A DNA stretch of 64,000 bases from a virus. The stretch is from positions 1-64,000 of IMG/VR virus record IMGVR_UViG_3300032053_000034. One strand, given 5' to 3'. The first letter of the stretch is position 1. The number at the start of each line of letters is the position of its first letter. Under the pieces are notes generated by a model. That model was not told where the DNA came from, did not search any database, and saw only the letters and a list, made by a program, of their open reading frames with translations. This document shows, piece after piece, positions 50,454-60,020 of the stretch. Made by a program: the position numbers and the translations under genes.

Positions 50454-50933
50454 ATGGCAAGTATAACTAAATATCCCGTAATTATAGATAATTCAGAGTA
50501 TATAAACACTCTGGATGAAGATGTTTATAATGATCTCATGGAGGTGTTTTATGATAGCGGAAGAATGGTAGCACTTACCATGAAGGGCAAGAAGTTTGAC
50601 TCTATTGGCAAGGATTCTTTTTGTGTGTATGAAGAGTTGTTTGCTATTCAAGAGTTCATTAGACTTCTGGTTGTTAAGTCTTCAGATTTACAAGCAATGG
50701 AGTGTGAAATTGTTTCAGGAACTCCAGTGCCTATTCTTAAAGATGATGCTGATATTAAATGCGCAAGAGAAATGTTTCTTTGTAAATTTGGTAGTTCAAG
50801 TGATGTTGATTATTTAATTGATGAACTCATAAGAACTGCGCAATTAAATGGAAATTGGTATATTGATGAGGATGGAGATGATTACATTCTTGAAGATGGA
50901 GATGAATGTTCACGATATATATTAGAAAAATAA
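50454..50933 (+). CDS. Tail hub/fibre-attachment protein
   Basis: C-terminal acidic YI.EDG..YILE repeats like fibre-docking motifs. Confidence 0.55.
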   Translation: MASITKYPVIIDNSEYINTLDEDVYNDLMEVFYDSGRMVALTMKGKKFDSIGKDSFCVYEELFAIQEFIRLLVVKSSDLQAMECEIVSGTPVPILKDDADIKCAREMFLCKFGSSSDVDYLIDELIRTAQLNGNWYIDEDGDDYILEDGDECSRYILEK

Positions 50934-50934
50934 G

Positions 50935-53904
50935 ATGGCACTTAAAAAATTTACACAGCTTCCTTCAAAGAATGCGAAGCTAGATTCTATTCTCCCAAAA
51001 GTTGACTTGTCTGATGTAAATGTTAAGGCCACAAAGACCACATTTAATCAGGTATTTGACATTACTAGGGAGACTATTAATGTTGGCGAAGTAACAACAA
51101 CTGATGGGGGCCAGTCTTTCTCTTTATTAGTTGCAGACTTACCTACCAATAAGTCATTAATGTATTTCTATGTTAAATTTCCAGTGGACGCATTAGCAGC
51201 CTCAACACTTGATTTAGGGTTTGGAGCAAAGCCACTGGAATTAAAGGCAAATGATGGGCAAAATTATCAATTTGTTGATAATGGAATGATAAAGGGTGGT
51301 GGTACATATTTATTAATGTATGACTCACTTGCAAGCCCAGGGTTTGTAATGATGAGACCTCCTGTGGATACAGTTACCGTATCTGCTTCTTCAACTGTTG
51401 GCAATATTGCGACTGTAGCTTCAGTAACAACTCCTGGATCTCACTTTATAGATTATCAAATTACAGTGTTGCCTCAGAATATTCCAAATGTAAATCTTAT
51501 TATAGATTTAACTGCGGATCTTGATGGTGGATTTGGATCACTAGAAACTACAAAAACCGCAGCTTCACTTAAGCCTGGGTATTGGTATAAGTTTCTTTAC
51601 ACCTGTATTCATAAGGTTCCAGGAACATCATATCTTAATACCAACCCATTAGTTCAGTCATTTCCTGGATGCACTGTTGTTTCTGAAGAATTTATTGTTC
51701 AAGCTATAGATGTGGATAAATTAAGCTTCACAACTGTAAGAAGCTTACAATACCCAGAGGATATTATTCACTGGAGAGATACTGACAGTACTGTTATCAA
51801 TCAGAATGCTGAAGAGTTCATTCCAAGTACCTTTGTTAATGGTAAAAACAATGTTATAAATGGCAGTAATATTCAATATTTCCTAAACCCAACCACTGTT
51901 TCAAGGGCTGGTAGGATTTACTACAGAGAGGATACTATACAAAGGACTATAGCTCCTTATGACTACAGATCTGTTGTCTACATTAGATATGCACTTAAGA
52001 TAAATGCTGGAGGAAATTACAAGTTCTTTGGCGCAGTTCCACTTGCTCCTGGGCCATACTTCACAGGTGCTATAGTAGAGGTTAACTTCAGATATTATAT
52101 TGTTACCGAAGCTTTCACTGCATTAACAACAAATCTTCTTGATTCTTCTGCGTTCTTAAAAGACATTACAGTTGTAGCAAGTGGGAGTAAATATTTATCA
52201 ACAAGTAACTCTTTGTTTGTTCCATTTGGATATAATGGCTCTCAAAAGATTATAGAGGTTGATCCATTAGACTTTATCTTTACTAAGACATTTCCTATTG
52301 CAATTCCAACATCTGTTTCTCAGTCATTTGCATACAATGTAGAGATCAAAGATTTTGCTGCAGCTTATGTGGAAGCTGTTACTTGGGAATTTTACCCAGA
52401 TATTGTTTTCTATTTGGGGTCAAATGGGAGTCAACCAACAAATATTACTATTGATGGATTCTCTTATGACATGACATTTGTTGGAGCTCAAAATGCTACT
52501 ATTGGTTCTTACTGTAGAAACATCACTCTTGATGGCAATATAATTGGTAGTCCAATTGTTATTGGTAAGAACTGCAGAAATATTATGATGTCAAATCTTA
52601 GAGGTCCCATTGGTATTGGTCCAGACTGTAGTGAAATTCAAGTTGTGGGATCCAATGGTATTGTTAAAATTGGCGATAGTAATACTGGTATATCTTTTAA
52701 TTCAAATCAACCAGGAGAGAGAGTTGAAGTTGGGTCAGATAATGCTAATATTCTTTTGAGCAGTTTTGATGGAACAATTGGTAGTGGTAATACCTATATT
52801 GCTGTTAGTAATTCATTCAAGTACTCTATTGGAAACAATAATAGATCAATAAATGATAGTTACTCTAATGGGGGCGTAATTGGTGAAAGATGTGAATTTA
52901 TTTATCTTAATGCACCAACAACACTTGTTGAGGGTATTACATCTCTTAGGGATGGAGATATTGTTAATGGGTCTTCCGATGTTAAGATATTTACATCTGG
53001 AAAGAATAGCATTATAAAAACAATAAACTTAAAGAATATTGCAGATCCTGGTTTAACACTAATAAACTCTATATTTAACACTACAGAGATTACCAACTTC
53101 TCATATACCGCAGGTGTAGTATTATATAATACATATCTTGTGGTTCAATTAAGACAGACATATAATATTCAGGATATTCTTTCTATTCCTGTTGGGCCTG
53201 GCAATTACTGGATTTGTAATTTTACAAACTGTGATACGTTAACTCTTGATAGAATTTCTCCTGATGGTGGATTCTTACAGTTTGAGTCTGTATTGAATTC
53301 TACATTTACAAATGGCTTGTTTAACACTTCTGCTTTAATACAGAATGTTAAATATGCTACATTTACAAATGTAGATTTATTCTATTCAAACTTGATAAAT
53401 ATACATGGAATTACTCTTGGGAATATGACATTGTGGTACGCAAACCTGTCAAACATAAATGCTATCACAATGAGTTTGTTTACAAAGGTCACAGTGTACT
53501 ATTTATCAATATTAAACTCAAGGGCTATTAGTTTTAGTGGTCTTTCTGCAACAACAAACTATGATAAATTATTCATAGACAAGTGTGTTATAGTTGAGAT
53601 AAATGGAAATATGTCTCTTAGTGATGCTGAAATTGAAGGAACTAGTTCACTAACACTTAAGGTAACTGCGCCAACAAGTATTAGTCAATTTAGTATTGCA
53701 AATGCAAACAAAATGATAAATCCAAATACACTTGTATCTTCAATTGTTGATTTAACAGCAGCTGTTGTTACAGTAAAAGGTGTTCAATTTGGAATGCTTG
53801 TTCAAGACAGTGTAGTACTTACTAATTATTACTTCTGCGGTATTAAACAAGCAATAGCAAGTGGCGTACAAACATCAAGTCCAGTTAAATTATTGGTAGC
53901 ATAA
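50935..53904 (+). CDS. Tail fibre/spike with beta-helix repeats
   Basis: KKFTQLP start; L.PG.WY...E..IVQA....L....S..YP.DII module; repeated IG..C/N..I solenoid. Confidence 0.8.
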   Translation: MALKKFTQLPSKNAKLDSILPKVDLSDVNVKATKTTFNQVFDITRETINVGEVTTTDGGQSFSLLVADLPTNKSLMYFYVKFPVDALAASTLDLGFGAKPLELKANDGQNYQFVDNGMIKGGGTYLLMYDSLASPGFVMMRPPVDTVTVSASSTVGNIATVASVTTPGSHFIDYQITVLPQNIPNVNLIIDLTADLDGGFGSLETTKTAASLKPGYWYKFLYTCIHKVPGTSYLNTNPLVQSFPGCTVVSEEFIVQAIDVDKLSFTTVRSLQYPEDIIHWRDTDSTVINQNAEEFIPSTFVNGKNNVINGSNIQYFLNPTTVSRAGRIYYREDTIQRTIAPYDYRSVVYIRYALKINAGGNYKFFGAVPLAPGPYFTGAIVEVNFRYYIVTEAFTALTTNLLDSSAFLKDITVVASGSKYLSTSNSLFVPFGYNGSQKIIEVDPLDFIFTKTFPIAIPTSVSQSFAYNVEIKDFAAAYVEAVTWEFYPDIVFYLGSNGSQPTNITIDGFSYDMTFVGAQNATIGSYCRNITLDGNIIGSPIVIGKNCRNIMMSNLRGPIGIGPDCSEIQVVGSNGIVKIGDSNTGISFNSNQPGERVEVGSDNANILLSSFDGTIGSGNTYIAVSNSFKYSIGNNNRSINDSYSNGGVIGERCEFIYLNAPTTLVEGITSLRDGDIVNGSSDVKIFTSGKNSIIKTINLKNIADPGLTLINSIFNTTEITNFSYTAGVVLYNTYLVVQLRQTYNIQDILSIPVGPGNYWICNFTNCDTLTLDRISPDGGFLQFESVLNSTFTNGLFNTSALIQNVKYATFTNVDLFYSNLINIHGITLGNMTLWYANLSNINAITMSLFTKVTVYYLSILNSRAISFSGLSATTNYDKLFIDKCVIVEINGNMSLSDAEIEGTSSLTLKVTAPTSISQFSIANANKMINPNTLVSSIVDLTAAVVTVKGVQFGMLVQDSVVLTNYYFCGIKQAIASGVQTSSPVKLLVA

Positions 53905-53918
53905 AAGTTAAAAAGATC

Positions 53919-54629
53919 ATGGAAATAGGACACATTTATCTCATCCATTTGGAGAGAAGAACCGACAGAAAAGATGGTTATTTCAAAGTTGACAAAAATG
54001 GAGAGTTTATTCTTGATGACAATGGAGAAAAGATCTGGATAAAAGGATTTGTAGAAAAACTTGAAGGGGTGTTTTCTGAATATGAAGTATTCCCAGCCAT
54101 TGATGGAATGGAGCTTGATGTTCAATTGCCACCACAGACAGGGCAAAATAGATGGAATAAGGGCGCGTATGCCCTTACTCTTACTACTATTAAAATTCTT
54201 GAAGACTCAATGGAAAAAGGATATGAAAATATTCTTATCCTTGAGGATGATGTTGTTATTAATCCATTATTTGATATAGTGATTGATAATTACCTTAGTG
54301 ACATGACGTTTAAGTTTGATTTTGCATTCTTGGGTTATACAACATTTGGTAATTGTGCAAAACCTGAAACTAGATATTGGGATAGGATCGTTCAAATGTG
54401 TAGTTGCCATGCTTATATTGTTAATAAGCATCTTTTCCCTACATATAAAAATATTCTTAGTCAACTAAATGTACCAATTGATGTTCATGTAAACTCAATT
54501 GTTGCCGCAAGATTGAACTCTTTTTCAGCTGTTAAATGGTCTGGTCATAAACTTATTTGGCAGGAGGATGGTATTTCTGATATAGAAGCAGAGGGAGGTA
54601 AGTTTTATGCCGTTGGGTTCACAGACTAA
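53919..54629 (+). CDS. Glycosyltransferase family 25
   Basis: YLIHLERRTDR, F.AIDG, ILILEDD, HAYIV, PID motifs. Confidence 0.85.
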   Translation: MEIGHIYLIHLERRTDRKDGYFKVDKNGEFILDDNGEKIWIKGFVEKLEGVFSEYEVFPAIDGMELDVQLPPQTGQNRWNKGAYALTLTTIKILEDSMEKGYENILILEDDVVINPLFDIVIDNYLSDMTFKFDFAFLGYTTFGNCAKPETRYWDRIVQMCSCHAYIVNKHLFPTYKNILSQLNVPIDVHVNSIVAARLNSFSAVKWSGHKLIWQEDGISDIEAEGGKFYAVGFTD

Positions 54630-54852
54630 AATCATTTATATCTCTGAGTATATGGGGATACAAATTGAAGAAGAAGCTACTGTAATTGCAGTAGAGGGAA
54701 ATAAAACTTATGTGAAAGATGACTATGGCAATAATCTATATTTCAATAATGAAACAGGTTATTGCTATAGTGATCACACATTTAATGGTGCTAGGAAGTT
54801 TTTAAAGAATCCTTCTGGCATTGTAACACCAATTGAAAAATGGACAAAATGA
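54607..54852 (+). CDS. Hypothetical protein
   Basis: ORF track; overlaps both neighbours. Confidence 0.55.
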   Translation: MPLGSQTKIIYISEYMGIQIEEEATVIAVEGNKTYVKDDYGNNLYFNNETGYCYSDHTFNGARKFLKNPSGIVTPIEKWTK

Positions 54853-55709
54853 AAAAGCCAAATCCTAGTATTCCAAATCCTAACATACAGCCTAATCAGG
54901 TCTATGCAAATAAAGAAATTTATATGGGAAATGATTTGGCTATTGGTAATTACAAGCAAAGTAGAGGTCCAATTAGGGACAAAATTGGGCCCTACAATGC
55001 ACCAACTTCTTCTGGTGATGTAATTAGGCAGGTAGCCAAAAAGAATGCATTAGATTCAGCCACACAGCCTGATTATGTAAATTCTGTTGCTCCTACTAAT
55101 GGTAAAATGACAGAGGCAGATTTAAACGCGACTACTATGAGAGGATTTAGATTATATCCACCAAATATTTCAGAGACTGGAAGTACTACTAAAACTTCTG
55201 GCGCTGGCATTAAGAAGCAACCACAGATTAAGACTGCAGCAAAAGGAATTAAATCTTATGCTGTTGGTTCCCAAGGAATATATGATCAAAATGATTTTTT
55301 ACAGCAAGAAATTGGTAAGCCAATTAAAAGGCAAGAAATAACCAACCAGGGGAATATTGAAGTCCAACAGCAAATTGAGCAAAACAAAATTAACTATCAA
55401 AACCAGTTAACCCAATCTGCAATTGAATCTGCTAGTTCTGCATTTAGTACTTATGCTGGAGGAAAAGGTGTTGGTAAAAAGCAACCAAAAAGCCTATATA
55501 ATGGCGGTAATAATATTGCTGGAGAGCCTGCGCCAAGTGGCATTCAGGCTACAGCTGCTGATGGTATTAAAAGTTTTAAGCAACCTAAGTACCTAGAGAA
55601 TTATCAAGCAGTAAGTACTAATCCTATTCCTGATTATGTTTATGGAGAGAAATCTTTAAAAGGCTACAGGAATGGGTCTCGGATGATAAAGAATACTAGT
55701 AAGTGCTAA
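54840..55709 (+). CDS. Low-complexity putative internal virion protein with repeated AxxG motifs
   Basis: TAAKGIKSY, TAADGIKSF, YRNGSRMI; Q/N/P-rich. Confidence 0.6.
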   Translation: MDKMKKPNPSIPNPNIQPNQVYANKEIYMGNDLAIGNYKQSRGPIRDKIGPYNAPTSSGDVIRQVAKKNALDSATQPDYVNSVAPTNGKMTEADLNATTMRGFRLYPPNISETGSTTKTSGAGIKKQPQIKTAAKGIKSYAVGSQGIYDQNDFLQQEIGKPIKRQEITNQGNIEVQQQIEQNKINYQNQLTQSAIESASSAFSTYAGGKGVGKKQPKSLYNGGNNIAGEPAPSGIQATAADGIKSFKQPKYLENYQAVSTNPIPDYVYGEKSLKGYRNGSRMIKNTSKC

Positions 55710-55710
55710 T

Positions 55711-55751
55711 AAAAAAAAATCCCCTAACCAATTAAGGCTAGGGGATTTTTT
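55711..55751. terminator. Bidirectional intrinsic terminator between convergent units
   Basis: A-run, ATCCCCTA.CC / GG.TAGGGGAT stem, T-run. Confidence 0.85.
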
Positions 55752-56280
55752 ATATAAACGATTTTATAATCTCAAATAGTATCTTGGGGAGAATATATCC
55801 AAGCATAGCGGCAATTACGAATAAATACCAGTACTTGAATACCCACTGTATTCCTCCGACTTTATGGATTATATTGGGTTTGTACACCACTTCTTTATGT
55901 TCTGCTACTAAATAATAATGTCCATCTTTGGCTTTAAGTATTTCCACCTTTGTATTATTAGATAAATAGACACCCTCACTTAATCCGCATTCTGCTCTGA
56001 TCAAATTGGTAATCTGTTTTTTTAGTACAGGATTACTAATCCTCACAGGCTTGCTATTTACGCAAGTATCTTTATACAGTGTGAATAAACTGTCAAATCT
56101 TTCAAACTGCTTCACAATTGATACACTGTCTTTTCCTTTTAGAAATAAAGTATCTCTTACCAGGGATGTGTCCACTAGTTCTGGATGGTTTTTTACTAGT
56201 GTTAAAAATCTTCTTGATGCAGAGCACGAGAAGAGGTATAATGACATAAATACCAACCATAAAATAGGATAACATTTCAT
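55750..56280 (-). CDS. Lipoprotein with C-terminal TM helix (unimolecular-spanin-like)
   Basis: Lipobox LFSC at residue 19, C-terminal hydrophobic WYLFVIAAMLGYILP; last gene of the lysis cassette. Confidence 0.65.
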   Translation of the reverse strand: MKCYPILWLVFMSLYLFSCSASRRFLTLVKNHPELVDTSLVRDTLFLKGKDSVSIVKQFERFDSLFTLYKDTCVNSKPVRISNPVLKKQITNLIRAECGLSEGVYLSNNTKVEILKAKDGHYYLVAEHKEVVYKPNIIHKVGGIQWVFKYWYLFVIAAMLGYILPKILFEIIKSFI

Positions 56281-56281
56281 A

Positions 56282-56533
56282 TTAATTATTTATAGGTGGA
56301 TCTTGAATTTCACTTTCATTCTGTACTGCAAATGTTGCAATTGCAGCCATTGTTGCACCTATTGTTGCTAAGTGTTGAAACAAAGATACAAATTCTGGAT
56401 ATAACTCTATTCCAGGAACAGCAATAATACTTAATGAAAATCCAGAAAGGTATAATCCAGCCTTTCTTACATTCTTAAAGAACACTGGGGTTCTTTTTTT
56501 TGCTCTTTCTATGAGCATTCTAATTCTTCTCAT
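56282..56533 (-). CDS. Holin-like membrane protein
   Basis: Basic N-terminus with TP.FF motif, 2 TM; in lysis cassette. Confidence 0.6.
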   Translation of the reverse strand: MRRIRMLIERAKKRTPVFFKNVRKAGLYLSGFSLSIIAVPGIELYPEFVSLFQHLATIGATMAAIATFAVQNESEIQDPPINN

Positions 56534-56762
56534 TTTTATTAACTTCTCCTTTATTTCTAAATAAGAAAAATATCTTCAGAAAAAGATATGTAACTCCTAA
56601 TACTGCAGAGATTGAAGAGCAAATATGAATCACTTCTTCAAGAGCAAAGTCCAAAGGGCTCAATATCTTAATTAACAAACCCTCAATTTTAAATGAAATT
56701 GAAGTCATCACTGCCACAAACAATGGAGTAATATATTCTGAAGCAATTTGCTTAATTGTCAT
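56520..56762 (-). CDS. Holin/antiholin-like membrane protein (start reassigned to ATG 56762)
   Basis: Two hydrophobic helices and charged tail; directly follows endolysin. Confidence 0.5.
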   Translation of the reverse strand: MTIKQIASEYITPLFVAVMTSISFKIEGLLIKILSPLDFALEEVIHICSSISAVLGVTYLFLKIFFLFRNKGEVNKNEKN

Positions 56763-56766
56763 GGCG

Positions 56767-57318
56767 TTAAATATTAATATTAAGAACTTGTTTTGCCCTG
56801 TCATAAAAAGCAAGCCTTTCATTATAATGTGTATAGCCTCCATTGATAGTTTTTGTAATTTTTTTATATTCTTGCTTATCCGCGAGAATATTAAGACCTT
56901 TTACGTAGAAAAACCAACATGCAGATGCTACAGTATATTCAAGTTGCTCTAATAATTCAGGGGTTTTAACGAAATCTATACCAAAAGCTTTTGATAATTT
57001 AGTATAGTTAAATTTACCGGTAATCTGTATATATCCTCTTCCTTTAAACTTCTGTCCATCACCATCTTTTTCTGGGGTATTACCCAGATCAATTGCTTTT
57101 TGGCCTGTATCATAAGCTTCTCCAGAGGCAATTTCTTTTGTATAAAAAAAAGAACCGCTTTCATGTGCTACTTGAGCAATGAAAGCGGCAAACCTTAATT
57201 TGTTATTTATATCAAATTTTTCACAGTAAACATTCATGAATGGAGTTATGATAGCAAGAGTTTTACTGCTTGCTAAGGGAACAATCTTCTTAATATTTTC
57301 CTGTGTTATAAAGTCCAT
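56767..57318 (-). CDS. Endolysin, glycoside hydrolase family 19
   Basis: AAFIAQVAHES, DG..FKGRGYIQITGK.NY, SACWF, T..INGG...R. Confidence 0.93.
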   Translation of the reverse strand: MDFITQENIKKIVPLASSKTLAIITPFMNVYCEKFDINNKLRFAAFIAQVAHESGSFFYTKEIASGEAYDTGQKAIDLGNTPEKDGDGQKFKGRGYIQITGKFNYTKLSKAFGIDFVKTPELLEQLEYTVASACWFFYVKGLNILADKQEYKKITKTINGGYTHYNERLAFYDRAKQVLNINI

Positions 57319-57427
57319 GATACTAATACGTTATAGAAGGTTATTTTTGTTTTTGTTATTAAGCCTATAAATATACGTAATTATAATACAAACACATACA
57401 AGCCAGACCAAAGTAACATGACACATA

Positions 57428-57589
57428 CTATTTTTGTTTTGAAGGGTGTTTTTGAATTGCTTTTTCGTGTCTCTGATTTACACTACTAGCATCAAGAACA
57501 ACTGAGATTCTTTTTCCTGCAGTGTAAATTTCTTCCTTGAAATTTCTTTTATTTTCTGAGATTGACTTTTTTAAAGATGCCTTAGACAT
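57428..57589 (-). CDS. 53-aa basic hypothetical protein
   Basis: Manual translation MSKASLKKSISENKRNFKEEIY...; starts just after the stop of 57591-57914. Confidence 0.4.
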   Translation of the reverse strand: MSKASLKKSISENKRNFKEEIYTAGKRISVVLDASSVNQRHEKAIQKHPSKQK

Positions 57590-57590
57590 T

Positions 57591-57914
57591 TTATTCTGAA
57601 TTAGATTGTTTAGGTTTTTTTTCTGTATTAGACGCTTTTATCTGTTTCATTAAAGACTCATAAACAGTCTCTACTGCATCATCAAAAAACTCTTTTGATT
57701 CTTCTGGAATCTTATTAATAAAATAGTCGCATACTTCATTAAGTGATTCTTTGGCGCGAATATAATGATTTCTGATTTTTGAATCAGCAAAATGACCAGC
57801 TTTTATCATCATCATACTTTCTCTTGTTGCAGCAGCAAGCATGACCATGTGATAAATTTGGTTTTCCTCTGCCCTCTCGGATTCTGGTGTTAATTTTATT
57901 TTTCTTTTTGCCAT
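57591..57914 (-). CDS. Hypothetical protein
   Basis: ORF track. Confidence 0.65.
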   Translation of the reverse strand: MAKRKIKLTPESERAEENQIYHMVMLAAATRESMMMIKAGHFADSKIRNHYIRAKESLNEVCDYFINKIPEESKEFFDDAVETVYESLMKQIKASNTEKKPKQSNSE

Positions 57915-57917
57915 AAA

Positions 57918-58676
57918 TCAATAATTGCTATTAAACAATAATTCTCTTTTCCCTTCATGTGATATTGCATAGGCTTTAATTCTAACTTCTCCTTTTTCTT
58001 TAAAAACCTTTACATTAATTCCAGAGTATCCCCATGAAAACTCTTCTGCAGAGTTATTCTTGCAGAAATCATTAAAGAAATTAATAAAACTTACTAGAGT
58101 GTTTGTGTTTCTCCAAGATGAAGAAATAAGCTTTTCTGCCATTTTATAGCCATACCTATAAGGATTTGAAATATTCTGAAATGTTGCAGATTTTTTATAG
58201 TTTAAAGAATACTCAGGATACTCACTTGAAATCTTAAAGTCCTTGATTTCTTTTACGAGATTATTAATATAGTCATCTAAGTGTGTTGTTGGTTTTTGAT
58301 ATGGAATACAACATTTAAGTTCATCTCCAAAAAAACAATTACCGTCTTTAATAGCCTCTTGAATACTATATTTATTTTCATTCATTATAGCATCATAAAA
58401 ACTATAAATGCTTCTTCCGCTCCTGTATTCTCCCAATATTTCATAATAATAGAACGCAGCACCCATAGCACACATTTCTCCACAAATATTAAAAGCATAA
58501 TCACCTTTAAAATATTTATGTTTTTCTTCAAACCAATGCTCAAAGACATCATGAAAAATGCCTATGCCATTCCAGAATGCATTGAAGTTTTTATCTTCAG
58601 TTCCTTTAGGGCATAGGCCATATTCTCCACTTGAATCATCTTCAAACATTACTAAATTTACATCTAGTATTTTCAA
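57918..58676 (-). CDS. Hypothetical protein with HDxxEH possible metal-binding motif
   Basis: GIFHDVFEHWFE...GEMCAMGA; TTG start. Confidence 0.65.
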   Translation of the reverse strand: MKILDVNLVMFEDDSSGEYGLCPKGTEDKNFNAFWNGIGIFHDVFEHWFEEKHKYFKGDYAFNICGEMCAMGAAFYYYEILGEYRSGRSIYSFYDAIMNENKYSIQEAIKDGNCFFGDELKCCIPYQKPTTHLDDYINNLVKEIKDFKISSEYPEYSLNYKKSATFQNISNPYRYGYKMAEKLISSSWRNTNTLVSFINFFNDFCKNNSAEEFSWGYSGINVKVFKEKGEVRIKAYAISHEGKRELLFNSNY

Positions 58677-58680
58677 GGTA

Positions 58681-58920
58681 TTAAGAAGATTTTTCTGTAA
58701 CCCCTTTGAGATTATTAATCTCTCTGTTTAAATACCAAGCAGCTTTTTCAAGGTCTTCAACAGTTTTTGCAGGGTCTTTTTTACCTGCACGGGAAATATA
58801 CTTTACAGTATTTCCAAGATTAAACCCAAGCTTCCATGATTCAATGGCATTTATGGGTTCAATAGAATTGCCAGCATAATGCTTTGGCTTATTTACTGGG
58901 TCAAAATTATCTTCAGCCAT
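58681..58920 (-). CDS. DUF3310 family protein
   Basis: DPVN.PKHY, F.LGN.VKYI.RAG.K, EDL.KA.WYL. Confidence 0.9.
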   Translation of the reverse strand: MAEDNFDPVNKPKHYAGNSIEPINAIESWKLGFNLGNTVKYISRAGKKDPAKTVEDLEKAAWYLNREINNLKGVTEKSS

Positions 58921-58921
58921 G

Positions 58922-60013
58922 TTATTTGTTTTCTAATTGTTCACGATACTGAATAAATCCACGGAAATTCTTGCACCATCCAAGAGAATTACCTTCTGGC
59001 TGATATCCTTCCATTGTACTTGAGTGATCAAAAAGTAAACCTTTTACATTTGTCTCGTACTCTTTGTCATCCATTGCTTTTGCACAGTGCTCAAAAGGAC
59101 TCATGTGTTTTGATTTTAAAAGATTATCATGAAGAGATAAGTCTTTTGTGAAATCAATTTTTGCATCATCACCAAGAGTTTCATAACTAAGTCTTGCACA
59201 CCTTGCAGATGATACCATTAGTTGTGCTGTTTGAAGATTAAGCTTTATATTAGTCTTGCTGAAGTAATCACCAGAAGCAAAGCCAAGTAAAACTATTTCA
59301 GCTTCTTCCATGGCATCAATGTTAAAATATGGAATATGCCATTCACCGGGTTCAAGAATTTTTGGAGAACTTTCTACCATTGCATCATACATGCACTCAG
59401 CAAGTCTCATCATATGAACCTCAGCTTGGCCTTTATTTATAGAAAGCCAACCTAATTCACTATATGATTCAAATTGTTTTGACACAATAGCACTGTCAGA
59501 AAATTGTCTTATTAAATCTTTTCTTGATTTAGCTTTGTAAATTCTGTCAATTAGAAAATACTCATATTGAGGACATCTTAAATTAAAGAAATTCTCAAAC
59601 TCAGTTGCAGTAAGAAGTACTTTATGCCACATAAATGGCTCTAAATACCTATTACATATTTGTTTAGTAAGGCCTTTTTCATTTGCGTCAATAGCTCTCT
59701 CTACTGCCTGATCTCTTGCTTTAAGATGATTCATTGTCAACCAAGAAATATCTTTTTTATCAGTAAAATACTCAGTTCCTTGCATGCCTTTGTGGTCCTT
59801 TTGCCAAGCAATAGGAATGAATGGGTCTTCTTTTACTGATTTAAGCATTTTTTCAAAAGGAATAGCCCTGCTTGATGCTGAATTTTTAGAAAATAACCGG
59901 TGAGTATTTAATTCTGCCAAAATAAATCTTGGAAAAACCAACTCCATTGTTGTTATGCGATGACCTTTTCTTGAAATAGAGTCTGCAACTATTTTTGCGC
60001 TAATTTTTGTCAT
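58922..60013 (-). CDS. thyX: Flavin-dependent thymidylate synthase (phage type)
   Basis: PRFILAELNTHR..S.NSASSRAIP, KQ..NR.LEP, NFF.LR, SARCAR.SY, H.SPFEH. Confidence 0.85.
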   Translation of the reverse strand: MTKISAKIVADSISRKGHRITTMELVFPRFILAELNTHRLFSKNSASSRAIPFEKMLKSVKEDPFIPIAWQKDHKGMQGTEYFTDKKDISWLTMNHLKARDQAVERAIDANEKGLTKQICNRYLEPFMWHKVLLTATEFENFFNLRCPQYEYFLIDRIYKAKSRKDLIRQFSDSAIVSKQFESYSELGWLSINKGQAEVHMMRLAECMYDAMVESSPKILEPGEWHIPYFNIDAMEEAEIVLLGFASGDYFSKTNIKLNLQTAQLMVSSARCARLSYETLGDDAKIDFTKDLSLHDNLLKSKHMSPFEHCAKAMDDKEYETNVKGLLFDHSSTMEGYQPEGNSLGWCKNFRGFIQYREQLENK

Positions 60014-60020
60014 ATAAATA

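Noticed and set aside
50935-53904. Diversity-generating retroelement target in the fibre
   Set aside because: No reverse transcriptase or template/variable repeat pair was visible in this window
4843-55709. Stop-codon reassignment (TAG or TGA), known in some Crassvirales
   Set aside because: All long late genes, including 4241 aa, are open in code 11; TAG appears at plausible gene ends; no suppressor tRNA was seen
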